A stretch of 64,000 nucleotides of DNA. It comes from Utricularia gibba. Lineage: Eukaryota; Plantae; Magnoliophyta. Both the position numbers and the translations under genes were made by a program. This document shows positions 49,199 to 61,400 of this stretch, in pieces (position 1 is the stretch's first letter; each line of letters starts with the position of its first letter). Below the pieces are notes generated by a model that saw only the letters and a list, made by a program, of their open reading frames with translations, searched no databases and was not told where the DNA came from. Location of the stretch: the NCBI GenBank assembly GCA_002189035.1, contig CM007990.1, positions 1,798,001 to 1,862,000 of the forward strand. The letters run 5' to 3'.

Positions 49199-50799
49199 GG
49201 GAGCATTCCCTTGCTTGGCTCAGAGTTCCCTATTTTTACTGAGAAATCCATGAAGAAAGAAGGCAACCACTCAATGATAAAAGTAGAATGTGTTTTTGAA
49301 TTTGTTGTACGTTTGGCTGATGCCATTTGAACGAGGGATTCTTTCTTTCTTGCTATGCCCGTGGGAGGTTGGTTGGGTTTGGAAAGGGATTATTTTGAAG
49401 ACTAATCATCCCCATTGAAAATTTGTTTGAATAATAACCATACTTTAAAGTTTATACAATAGACAATTCTAATGATATTCTTACATGTCTTACTTACAAA
49501 ATTTTAATAAACATTACTGTGATTAGACCATTAAACTGAAAAATAATTATATAATTGAATGATATATTATATATTGATATAATTTCCAAAATAGACAAAT
49601 CAAATGTTGTATTATACATTATTTCTTAATGGTTAAAATATAATTATTAAACGTCAGTTGTATAAACTATAATAAAGTTATATGGTTAAAAGTGTAAATA
49701 TGTTAATTGATACTAGAGAACTAGTAAAACTTGATGGCCATTCTACTGAATGGATGAATAGTTGATAATCGAAATTGTAAGACCGGTAAAACCTTTGGTG
49801 AAAACAAGAATCATTTAGATTCAAAATGCAAGGGGGTTGTTGATTCGCGTGTACATTAATAAATGTGCCTAGTTTTTCAACATTATTATAACAAATTTTA
49901 AGGTTACTTTACTTCAAATAGATGTAAAGTTCTCATTATTTGCATCAGATATATACAAGCTTTCATATTTAATTTAAATATATATTTAAACATTCATTTT
50001 TTTACATAAAAATATGATTTATAACGCATGTGTGCATGCACCCCTATAATAAAGGTTGTATCTATTATGGAAAATTTTTATATAACATACTAATATCGTG
50101 TATGCCTTACATGGTGCCTGAAATTTTTTAAAAAAAATACATGGATGCTGATATGCTTAAACGGCACCCATACATTAAATGCATTTTTTTTTTTACCAAT
50201 AACGACTTATATTGAAATGGTTTTAGTCACAACGATTACACATGCTAGTTGTAGTTTAAACAATGGTTGTGTATTTGATTTTATAGTTTACTAGATGAAT
50301 TTTGCTTATGCATTATCTACATCCATATACTTGATTTTTAAAAATACAAATGCCTTTTAAGTGTTAATTTGTGGATAAAAAATCTAAATAATAAATAAAT
50401 AAAGTGTGTTGTGGGGGTATGGGTACCGAATGTGCTCCATAGTGTAGCTATTGCATGTGTGTTGTAGGATGTTGTAAAGCATATGCTATAAAATTTGTCG
50501 TAGGATGTTGTAGCTCCAATGTTGTATGGATTTAGAGGGTTCTTTGCATATGCATACCAAGTGTCTTGACAATGTGTTTTTTTCTCCAATTCAAATCTTT
50601 TTTCCATTTTGAAAGTTTTTTTCACATTCTGAAGGTTTTGTGCATGGTATTACAATTACTCAAAGAGTGTACTAGTTTCTTCTTGCTTTTAACTAGCTTG
50701 CAGAGTGTTGATGGATATATAGATTATTTATCCGATGAAATTGGATGTCACTATGTGTTTGTGGTTTTGAAGTTTTTGCAAGGTATGAGCAAGTATAAC

Positions 50800-53700
50800 T
50801 AGGGATGGCAAAATGAATAATCTGACCCGCTACCCATCGGATATCCGCCATGTTTATTATCCATGAAAGGCAGCTGGCGGGTAGCGAGGTGGGTAGCGGA
50901 TGAAAAATCATAATCCGTTTATAAACGGGGTGGATAACGAAATGATCTCTACCCGACCCTTTGTTATTTATTTTAAAACTTAAAATCTATTTATTTTTTA
51001 AATTAGGGTTTTTAACACAATCATCAAATATCTACACCAGATTGTAGCTCCAGTGCCAGCCTATTCTCAATTTTGTGTTTACATTTTTCCACCTCACAAT
51101 CCCCATATTTAGTTGAGTTGTCCTTTTCAATTATTTTTTTTTGTTTGTTTGTAGGATCCATCATGTTTTATTGTTTTTTTTATTTTGTGAATACTTGTGT
51201 GTTGCGTAGCATTGAAATGAGTTCTCACTTTCAATGAGAGATATGTTTGATTTCTTTTTCGCATGCTTTTTGTAATGGTAGTGAATTTTTGATAATTGTT
51301 AGGAATTATATTTTTATAAATGCTCGAGCAAAATGATATTGTTTTTTATTTGTGCATATGTTCTATTTTGGGTTTTTTTCTTGCTGAAGTTATGCTTTTG
51401 ATTCTTGACTTGTTTTTTTTATTTTTTATTTTCAAGTTGAAAATAGGTTGCATAATAAATTACATATCTGCAGGAACCTAGAGATATTTTTAATGAATAA
51501 TTGTTCGAATCAAGAATCATCACTTGGTTCTCAACCATCTCAAAATGAAAAAGAGATTAATAACAATGACGTACAAATAATAGATGGGGGGTGACACATC
51601 AAGCTCTTTAAAAAAAGGAGAAGAACATCATAATAGTGGTAGCATTTCGAGGAAAAGAGTATAAAAGAAGTTAAGGCAGAATGCAAATACTGCATGAAAC
51701 TTTTTGTAGGGAAAGGGAAAAGTGAAACATCACATTTGAAGAGCCACTACATGAGTGCATGTTAGAAAAGGCCAAGAAAAATTGATGTCAAACAAATGAT
51801 TTTAAATACAAATTTAAAATCTAGTGGAATATCAGAATTGGGTTGCATCTCTTTTAGTGAAAAAGTTTCAAGTTATAAGCTTGCTACAGTTATCTTGCAT
51901 GATTATCCATTGAGCATAATTGACCATTATGGGTTTCGAAGATTTTTCAATAGCTTGAATGCAAACTTCAAAATGATTTCCCGAAATACATTGAAGAATA
52001 ACATTTTGAAGATATATGGAGATGAGAAACAAAAGGCCTATCGAATCTTTGATAATCTTGATTGTAGGATTGCAATCACTACCCATATGTGGACTTCAAA
52101 TGACAACAAGAAAGTTTATATGGTAATAACATCACATTTCATTGATGTGGAGTGGAAGCTTCAAAGTTGCATTTTAAGGTTAATTTATTATTTTTTATCA
52201 CTTTTTTTCTATACTAATTTTTATATGATGTAGATTTGCAAATGTGCCGTCTCCACATACTTCTGAAACTTTATCTGAAGAATTATGCCGCTCACTAATG
52301 GATTGGAATATCGATAGGAAAATCTCTTCAATAACAGTTGATAATTGTTTGACAAACGATGCCATGCTTACTTTGATATTAGATAATTTTTCTATAAATG
52401 ATATGCTGCTTCAAGGAAAAGTGTTGCATATGTGTTGTTGTGCTCATATTTTGAACATAATTGTTCAAAAAGGATTGGATAAACTCAACAATGGTCTTGA
52501 GAAGATTCAAAATAGTGCTATCTATTGGACAGGGTCATCCAAAAGAATAGAGAAGTTTAAAGAGTGTGCTGCTCAACTAAAAATTCAATATTCAAAAGAA
52601 TTGGTTGTTGATTGCAAAATCCAATGGAACTCTACTTACTTGATGCTAGAAACTGCTATCAAATATGAAGAAATTTTTTTTTAGACATGCCATGAGAGTT
52701 CCTGGTTACAAGTCTTGTCCAACACAAGAAGATTGGAGAAAGGCAAAATTCATTTGTGAAAAGTTGAAACTCTTTTATGAAGTGATTGAAATGATATCAG
52801 TACGAGTTATCCAACCTCCAACTTTTATTTTCCAAAGATATGTTTAATTAGAACCAAGTTAGAAGAATGGTCTATGAGTTATGATAATATGCTTAGAGAG
52901 ATGACTTGCTCTATGTTGGAGAAATTTATGAAATATTGGAATGTTGTTCATATGATGATAGCAGTGGTTGCAGTTTTGAATCCTAAATATAAAATGGCAC
53001 TTGTGGAGTTTTATTTTTGAAGAATCTATAAATGATGCAATTGAAAAAGTTTCAGATGTTCATGCCAATTGTGTATCTTTATTGAAGGATTATGAAAATC
53101 AAATGAATAATACTACCAATTCTTCTATTTGTGGTATTTTTGGTAGTAGTGCTTCTAGCATCATCACTTCTTCAAGCATGGTATTACAAGATGAAGTAGA
53201 ATATGATATTTTTGTCAAGGAAAAAAATAGATGTACATGTTTGGCAACAAAGTTAGATTATTACCTGGAAGCTGAGGTTTTGCCTAGATGTAATACTTTT
53301 GATATATTGAGTTGGTGGAAAACTGAAGGTTCTAAGTGGTTACTTCTGAAAAGAATGGCTAAGTATGTTCTAGTTGTTCCAGTTTTAATAGTTGCTTCTA
53401 AATTTTCATTTAGCACAAGTGGTAGAATTCTAAATCCTCATCGTAGTAGACTCCACCCGAAGACATTAGAATCACTCATGCGTGCCAAAAGTTGGTTATG
53501 GAAATCAATAAAAAGTGAGTTACTTATCTTTTTATATATTTAAGTCTATATGGCATGAAAAATGATTTGATCTTTTTGTTAGGTACTTGTAAAACCCTAG
53601 AGAGTTGTCCAACGATGGAAGAAGGTGAAGTAGATGAAGAAATTTCATCTAAAGGAAGCCATGCACCTGATTCTCAAGAATGAACCAACTTTTTAAAATT

Positions 53701-54029
53701 ATTTTTAAACAATATGTTGGAATTTGTGTTATTGTTTTGTTGGATTTACTAATAGGTTTTTTAATTTACGTTTTTCAATGATCAATTTAGAAACTGAATA
53801 ATGGTAAGATATTGTTACAATACATTTAAAAAATTACATTTTAAAATTTATACCAAATGAATAATTTATCTAATCGACGGATCTGTGGGGCAGGTAACAG
53901 CACAAGCAATGGAGCGGGTAAGCAGATGAAACAAGCAGGGCGGAGCGGGTTGCGGTGGGTAGTTTTGATGACGGAGTGGGTAGCGGGTAACAGTCTACTC
54001 GCCCCACACCCATCCCGCTGCCATGTCTA
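50800..54029 (+). mobile_element. Full-length hAT (Ac/Tam3, RICESLEEPER-like) transposon, 3230 bp
   Basis: Left TIR TAGGGATGGCA, right TIR TGCCATGTCTA. Near-perfect 8-bp TSD agtataac (50792-50799) / agcataac (54030-54037). ACCCG/CGGGT subterminal repeats at both ends; internal transposase remnant. Confidence 0.92.
51600..53643 (+). pseudogene. Degenerate hAT transposase (BED finger, RNase H-like core, hATC dimerisation domain)
   Basis: W*HF...AECKYC...TSHLKSH...C BED finger with in-frame stops; ITTHMWTS, SITVDN, HMCCCAHILNIIVQ, QWNSTYLML, DILSWWK, GRILNPHRSRLHPKTLESL. Several frameshifts; canonical introns near 52180-52233 and 53515-53582. Confidence 0.9.
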
Positions 54030-54539
54030 AGCATAACCCTATGAACGGGAAAAAGTTTTAAATATTAAAATGTGTAAATGATGGGTTCTAATATAGAAAT
54101 GTTGTGATGATTAATTTTGCAAAAATTGTAAATAGTTGGAGACAAATTATATCAATGGAGTGAACATTAATGGAGTCCACAAGTGAAACAAGAGAAGACT
54201 TTGAGCACAAAGAACTCTCACCCCTCTACGATGGTAAGACGATGGTTTGTTAATGGCCAAAATTTCATTCTTTTAATTATTGTGAACAGTGATAATGAAT
54301 TGAAACAAACGATGAAGGATAGCAAGAAGAAGACGCATCTTCCTAGCTTTCAGAAGTATGGTACCTTAATGACTTGATTTTATAGAAGTGTGTCATATTA
54401 GAAGTGAGATCATTCATACATTTTTGATTTCATTGAATTTTTATATTTTAATGAGTGGATTGATAATGATGAGAGAGTTTGTAGAACATTCTCCCATCGA
54501 CCAGCCTTCTTCACTTGCTCGTACATGATATGGCCTATT

Positions 54540-54900
54540 GTTTATTGGTAAGATGAAGTTTACTTTATATTTGAATATTACATATAATGTGTTTAACCTT
54601 TTATGTTTAATAACTAGAGGTCATTGGGTGGTGATGATATATTGCAACTTTGGAGGTGCATACAATAGAATGATCATTGTCTTAAATTCTTTAAGTGTAG
54701 GAGATGCACTATGTCCAATGGAATAAGATTTGTATAAGTATTAGAAACTATTTTACTACCTGAATAAAGAAGCTATGATTAATTCATTCACTATTTTACC
54801 TGTATAGGTGCTTGAATTACATGCTAGGGAATGCAACACCTTCTTTCATTGTTAACAAGTTGGATTCAATGTCTATTTGCTTTCCTAAGGTATATACAAT
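54540..54900 (+). pseudogene. Possible Ulp1-like (peptidase C48) fragment of a Mutator-like element
   Basis: Translation RGHWVVMIYCN...IIVLNSL resembles the HW...LDSL core of Ulp1-like proteases carried by plant MULEs. It lies close to a MuDR transposase remnant and is highly degenerate. Confidence 0.4.
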
Positions 54901-56159
54901 GCAATTTTAATAGAGTGCATATACCTATAGCAAACTGATTTTTAAAGTTATTCTTTTTACAAGTTCTATGATAAATTAGACCAATTAAATGAAAGTTATA
55001 TACTTAATATTTAGTGAGTCTTCTCATGTGGAATATACCATCAATTACTCTACAATCACTAAAATGCTTGATCAATCAGATGATGCATTTTTTTTCTCTT
55101 TTGACCATCGATGATTACTTCAATGAAAAATGTCTATATTCACCTTTCTTTCATCTTCCAATGTTCGCTTAAAATATTCTAAATTCTTGGATATTAATAT
55201 ACATGTCATCTTGATGTGTCTTGATGGCACTTCACAAACCAATCGCAAACTTTGTCATTAATCTGTTCCAAAAGCTTGATTAGGTCCAACCTCATATCAT
55301 GTTTCCTCAATCAAAGAATGCTTGACACTATTAGGATGGTGGGATACCGTTCATATACTCTTATGCTTTATAATTGTATTCCTTAAATGCCTTCATTGCA
55401 TGCCTAAACGGATTAGGTGTTTTAGCTCGAGCGACAGCCCACACATGACCCTTCAAAACGGCCGTCAACTTTGCTGGAATATTTCTATTGAGATTTTTGA
55501 GCAAATGAAAGACACAATGGTGGACCAACAAAATATAATAGTAGAAAGTTAAATAAATATCATTAATTCATAATTTATGATATATATAACTCAATGCATT
55601 ATCTTGACTTTCGGAAATAGGTCTTTCAAAGTGGATAATATTACAAGAGCTCTATCTGAAATTATGGTAAATAACTATTGTGTCTCCTCAAAAATATCAT
55701 AGTTTTTGGAAAGCAATTCTATAAACCAAGTCCAAGCGGCCAAAGTTTCATCGCCAATAACATCCCATGCAAGGGGAAAAACTCCATTATTAGGATCTGA
55801 GGTCATTATCATTATTTAATGTACGTATATTATCTATTCCGGTCACATTATGTTCATACATATAAAATTCATCTATATAACCTATAACTAACATATAAAT
55901 AAAAAAAATATTAAATAAAAATTGAACCAAAATAGCAATATTTAGACGAATTAAAAAATATGAATATAAGTCAATTATAAATAAAAATAATCATTCAAAA
56001 AATCAATATAATTAAATATCTAACTTATCATGTTTGTTCATATTGATTTGACCGTAGGATTCTTAGTAGTCATTGAAGTCAGAAGGTTGGAGGAAAGGGA
56101 AAGGGAAAGAGAGTGACTTTATGCAGGAATAGGGGAGGGGTGATGCTGGAAAAAGATAT

Positions 56160-56503
56160 TGGGATATTTTCCTTCGGGTTTATTTATCCCATTAGCTTTT
56201 TTTTTCTCTCATGGAGGCGAACGACCAAAATACACTGGGATATTTTCCTTCGGGTTTATTTATCCCATTTATTTTGGCTTACGAACAACACACTTCTTAT
56301 CTTCTTATAAACTTCCTACTAGCAATATAGAGTCAAAGAAATATTACGATCTCCTTGAGCAAGGAGCTCCTATCACTCTTCTACCGGGAAGCTAAAGGAC
56401 GTTTACGACAATTAGCTACCTCATTAAACCACTTATTAGGGTTAACTCATTTTCTTATCTACTATCGTAAGGAGCTCCTATCACTCTTTTGCCGGGAAGC
56501 TAA
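56160..56503. repeat. Two pairs of short direct repeats (34 bp x2; about 32 bp x2)
   Basis: tgggatattttccttcgggtttatttatcccatt at 56160 and 56236; aaggagctcctatcactctt...ccgggaagcta at 56361 and 56469. Confidence 0.85.
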
Positions 56504-56557
56504 TAAATCCCAAAATGTCTATCCATAAAGCAATAAAAAATATATAAGAAAAAAAAG

Positions 56558-57100
56558 CTAAAAATTGTAAGCAAATCCACAAATATGTAATAAAATACAT
56601 ATCTTAGAATAAAAGTAAACTCTTTTGTATATTTTATTTTTCTCATCTTTACCACCATCTACCTCCAAAATTGCCACCATAGTACCTTCATTCAATATCC
56701 GATATTGTTCACAATAACTTCGTAATCGTTCGAAATCATTCTTCATATTTCCAGCCACCATCTTCCTTACGTTTTTTTTTGCTCTCCTCACCTTGTGAAG
56801 AGACACTTCCACATGCTAATCATTCTTTATATCCGTAAGTAGATTCGCAACCTTGATCAACGGATGATCAATTAGCCTATTTATGTACATCTTTCCAAAC
56901 CAATGCACATTCATCTTTAGTATTACCTACACGTACATTTTTCATGGGTACGAAAGGCTACCTCTATAAAGAGCAATCAAATAACGCTTATTATTCTTCT
57001 CGAACCAAAACCAAATTCTTTTACGAACATAATATTCTTCAAATGTGTGTTTAGCCTCGGCTTTGGATTGAAAGACTATTCATTCCTTACAAATAAAACA
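56558..57100 (-). pseudogene. MuDR/Mutator transposase remnant
   Basis: WFGKMYINRLIDHPLIKVANLLTDIKND*HVEVSLHKVRRAKKNVRKMVAGNMKNDFERLRSYCEQYRILNEGT...YKRVYF matches the recalled MULE transposase pattern VS..K.RAK..G..Y..L..Y..NPGS..FKR.Y. Stops present. Confidence 0.7.
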
Positions 57101-58487
57101 CAATTTAATACTAAAAAAACAATAATGCAATTTAATTAAAACACACTATACTTACATAAATTCTTGTATTTAAACACTATTACATTCCGTCCTAACAATA
57201 TTCGAATGACATTCAATTTTTCACTGTAAGGAGCTTCTGATTGTACTACTTTGGAGATGAGAGCTTCCAAAACTTTTCCATAATTATCGTTCTTGACAGA
57301 GAATTGATCGTCGAGAATGTCATAGTCTTCCTTCTCGCTTACATAGTTGAATTTTTAAGTCACTTTCATACTTTACATGAGTATGAATCAAATCTATAAC
57401 TCCATACATATTATATAATATAGTCTACAATTATACAACCTGAAATAACAACAAAGGTATGACAATCATATAAATTCAAATTAGCCTATAATTTAATCAT
57501 ATAACAATATAAGTCAAATGAAAATCACAGTTTAATCCAAAAACTACTTAAAATTCAAATCCTTATGACAAATATTTCGGGGACGGTGCACAAAGGTTGT
57601 GGGCGGTGGATAGTCGGCCATGGATGGTCGACGACAGTCGGGGCTTGTATCGACTAGAATTGAAGAAAACGTATGGTATTTATGAATGTCCTCAGAATTT
57701 CCTTCAATTTGATTTAGGATTAATTGATTTACAAAGAATCAATTTAGGATTTGATTGGGCCTTTACGGGTTGGCCCAAGCTATTCTTATTTTCGGGCGAC
57801 TCGTCCCATACTTGTCCAATATGAATTAACCCATGGTTGGGCAGGTTAATGCATACTTGTGTTCACCTCTAATACTAGGCATATTTAATTTCCACATTTT
57901 GATTTATCAGGTATATTGAGTTCCCAATCTTTTTTATTTCAATCATTTTTAGTTCCTTATTTTAAATGCTAATTATAATGAATCCATAATATTTACAAAC
58001 CAAATATATTTGGTTTCCATTATTTTCATAATTGATAAAATTATTTCCGTCTTTTCTGACTGATTGCCACCCATCGCCCATCATGAGTTCAGCTACCACT
58101 GCCTGTCCGGGCGTAAGTGTGCTGCCGGTGACGATCGATGAGTATTTATAATAGTAAAATCGAATTGGAAAAAAAAAATTAAAATCTGCCAATTGAAGTT
58201 AAATTGTGCTATTTAGGTAAACAGGAGTAACTCTTCATGCAATTTTCCCAATGATATGACATGTTCATCTGACTTGATTCAGTCAGGTTCAAATGTGAAC
58301 CAGGGGAAAACACACAAGAAACGAATGCCAATGAAACATTCTCAAAAAGCATTACTATTTTCCGAGAGGGCCCCATAAAATACGTGCTTATCCACTAGCA
58401 GTCTACTCAAACTTTGCTTGTGAATGACGTTTATGCGATGCTACACAACATGTACAAGACAAAGACAAAACAGGCGTACACGAATTC

Positions 58488-61400
58488 TTAGCTCCATGAG
58501 GGAGATGACGGTTTGTAGGCGAACTCATGTGGGATTGATCCGTAGTTCAAATCCAGATTCTGAAGCTGCTCCATCAACTGAGACCTCCTTTCCTTGAAGA
58601 AATCCAGTCGGGTTGTCAGCTCCACCAAAGTAGACGACGCTGCTGATGGACTCCCCGGATACTCCATTCCCTGATTGGATCAACACATAGATACGGTTAG
58701 CTGAGAAACCTTTTCATCCCACAGATTACCAAAGTTCTGGTACCTCCACAATCCGGGAGGTTGAGGGCGCGGAATCCACACAAAAACGTTCATCCCTCGT
58801 TAATGAGCTACTCTTGGTGTCACTTGAATCACTTGACTGCTTCCTTGGAGGGAGCTTGCTACTACTGCTGCTGCTGACAGAAGTAAATATATGGTGCCCC
58901 TTCATAGTTTTTGATTCGGCTCCAAAGAACTCCTAAAATGTATTGCTATGACATGTGAGTTTGTTATTCGTTTGAACAAACTCACTTTTTAAAATCTTAA
59001 AAGTGGCACCCCATGCATGGGGCTATCCACGCAGAGAGATTGAACAAGAAAACAAAAATTGTCCATGAAGAAAGGGTAAGCATCAACCTCAGTCCTTTGC
59101 TTCCTTTCATGGTTACACACAGCGAGCGCAGTGTTGTAATCCAGATGCAAAAGCTTCCTGCATAAATATGTATGATATTTCAAGAAAGAAACTACCAAAG
59201 TGACCATCATCAAAGTTTTGGTTTTACTCACTCGTGTAAACTTGGATTTTCTGCAATTTGATATTGACCACATGCATCAGAAAGAGAGCTGTAGTGGTAC
59301 TGGCGCTGCTGGTTCAGTTGCTGATGAAGCTCAGCAACTTTCTGTTTCAATCTAGCAACATCTGCCTCGGCTTGAGCGATTTCTTCTAGCCCGGCCCTTG
59401 TCTTCACAATGAATTGTGCCATTTCAGCAGTCAAAATTTTTGAGTACAAGACCAGTCAACTGAAATGAACCTTGGAATCCATAGCACGCGAGCCAGGAAA
59501 TTGTCCAGAAGACATACTCAAACCACCCTCCAGAGCCGCTCGAAGATCTCTCTCAGCTTGCAACTGTTCTTGTAATCTTGCTACCTGTTATTTTTATTCC
59601 AGACAAGGCATGAAATGAAAGCACAAAAACTATTTTTATAGCGCATAGCATAAGGGCTGCAGATACTCAATCAGAAATAATATGCCATGAGCACCAAATC
59701 AGATAAGATCTCTACCAAGAAAAATTTCAAGCTCCATACTTGGAGAAAGGAGAAATAAACAGTAACAGAAAAATGTGAACCGACAGTGTAATCTTGTACA
59801 ATTTTTCTTTTTTTTTTTTTGAGATTCTACAAAATAACAAGGCTGAAATCACTGGAACAGTTTCGCCTCTAAATGCATGTATGAAAGCTTAAAAACTCAT
59901 AAATAATAACAGCATGTAAATATGGGGTTTTATCAGTATCGTGGGTCAAAAACACAGAAAAAATACTTTAGCTTAGAAAAATAACGAATACCATGCGAAA
60001 CAAGGTGATGAAAAGACATGTTTCATGATATGCTAAACTTGGAAAAACAAGGAGATAATTCAAGCCAGTGAGAAGCAGTGCAAACACTTACATCCTGTTC
60101 AAGAGCCAGCCGCCGCTCATGCAAAGCTTGCTTCCTCCTTTCCAGGCTAGCTTGCAAAATTGCGTTTCCTCTTGCCTAGCAGATAGTCATCAGTACCAAC
60201 TATCATATATCATACATCAGTACCAGTTATCATATATCATAGTAAAATTTGGACATCATCTGAAATTATACACAAGCACAAGCTGACAGTATGCCCTAAA
60301 CATCAAGAGACTTGGTATAATGAAAATAGAAACCTCTTTCGCAATTCTGTGCCGCAATTCATTCTTTGCTGTCTCCAATCTCTGGATCGCAAGCCTAAAA
60401 TGTGAAACTTTTAATAAGATTATAAATACTTCATGGTAAGGTAATATCCAATTATCTGTTTCTAATTGAATACATGTAAAAAAACAGATTAACTTCTGGA
60501 AATGATCTTACTCTTCCTCGCTAGAAGAGTCAATAGGCTGCATAGAAGGATTGTTTCTTGGCTGCAAGCGCTAAGAAAATCAGCCAATTTGGTTAAAAAT
60601 ATGGACAAAAGAGCAAATGAGAGAAAACTCACATTTTTCTTTCCCCAAAATGTAGACCTCTTCGAGCTGCTCACATTGGCATTTGAAAACCCAGGCATCA
60701 CCTTCTCCCCTGGTACCTCAGTTCTAGGAGTTGATTGATGTAGCCTCTGATCCACAGATGACAGAAGTTCACCTATTGACACTTGGGACTCGTAACCAAT
60801 TACGTCAACCGTAGTATCTATCCGGTTTTCACACACATTCATTTGTTCTGCATGCTCATGAACTGGTGAATTGGAATCAATAATTCTCAAATCCAAGCCT
60901 TCACTTGATTTTGTTCTGGAGGAATCGTTTTTCACTGGAGAACCTCCATCTGAATCATCATTAAGTGAGGCCTGATATTTCAGAAACAGAAGGATTCAGG
61001 AACCAGAATTGTAGTTCGCAACATCCAGAGTCTGACACTTGCAGCAAGATAAAATTGGAAAACAAGATTATAAAAGGAAACCACCATTATTATTCAGTAA
61101 GCAGCGGTTTAATGGTTCAGGTGTGAAAATGGAAAAACTTGATCCAGATATCAATTAAAGAAGCTCCGGAGTTAACAAAAAATATGATGCTATCTTGAAA
61201 ACGTTATTACAGAGTAACGGTATGTATTCAGTTTTTCAGTGTTACCTCTTACACATTAAGAGTTCAAGTTAGTTCTCCACTTAATGGATGGTGCAGCTAA
61301 GAAGGTAAAAATTTCAGGCTAGAGAGGGGGAGATACAGAACCTTATAATCATAAAGATCACTAGGGGGTGAGCCACTGCTTTCACTAAATTCCCCACTCT

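Noticed and set aside
56160-56269. CRISPR-like repeat-spacer-repeat (34-bp palindromic repeat, 42-bp spacer)
   Set aside because: Only two copies, no leader or cas genes, and a plant nuclear context.
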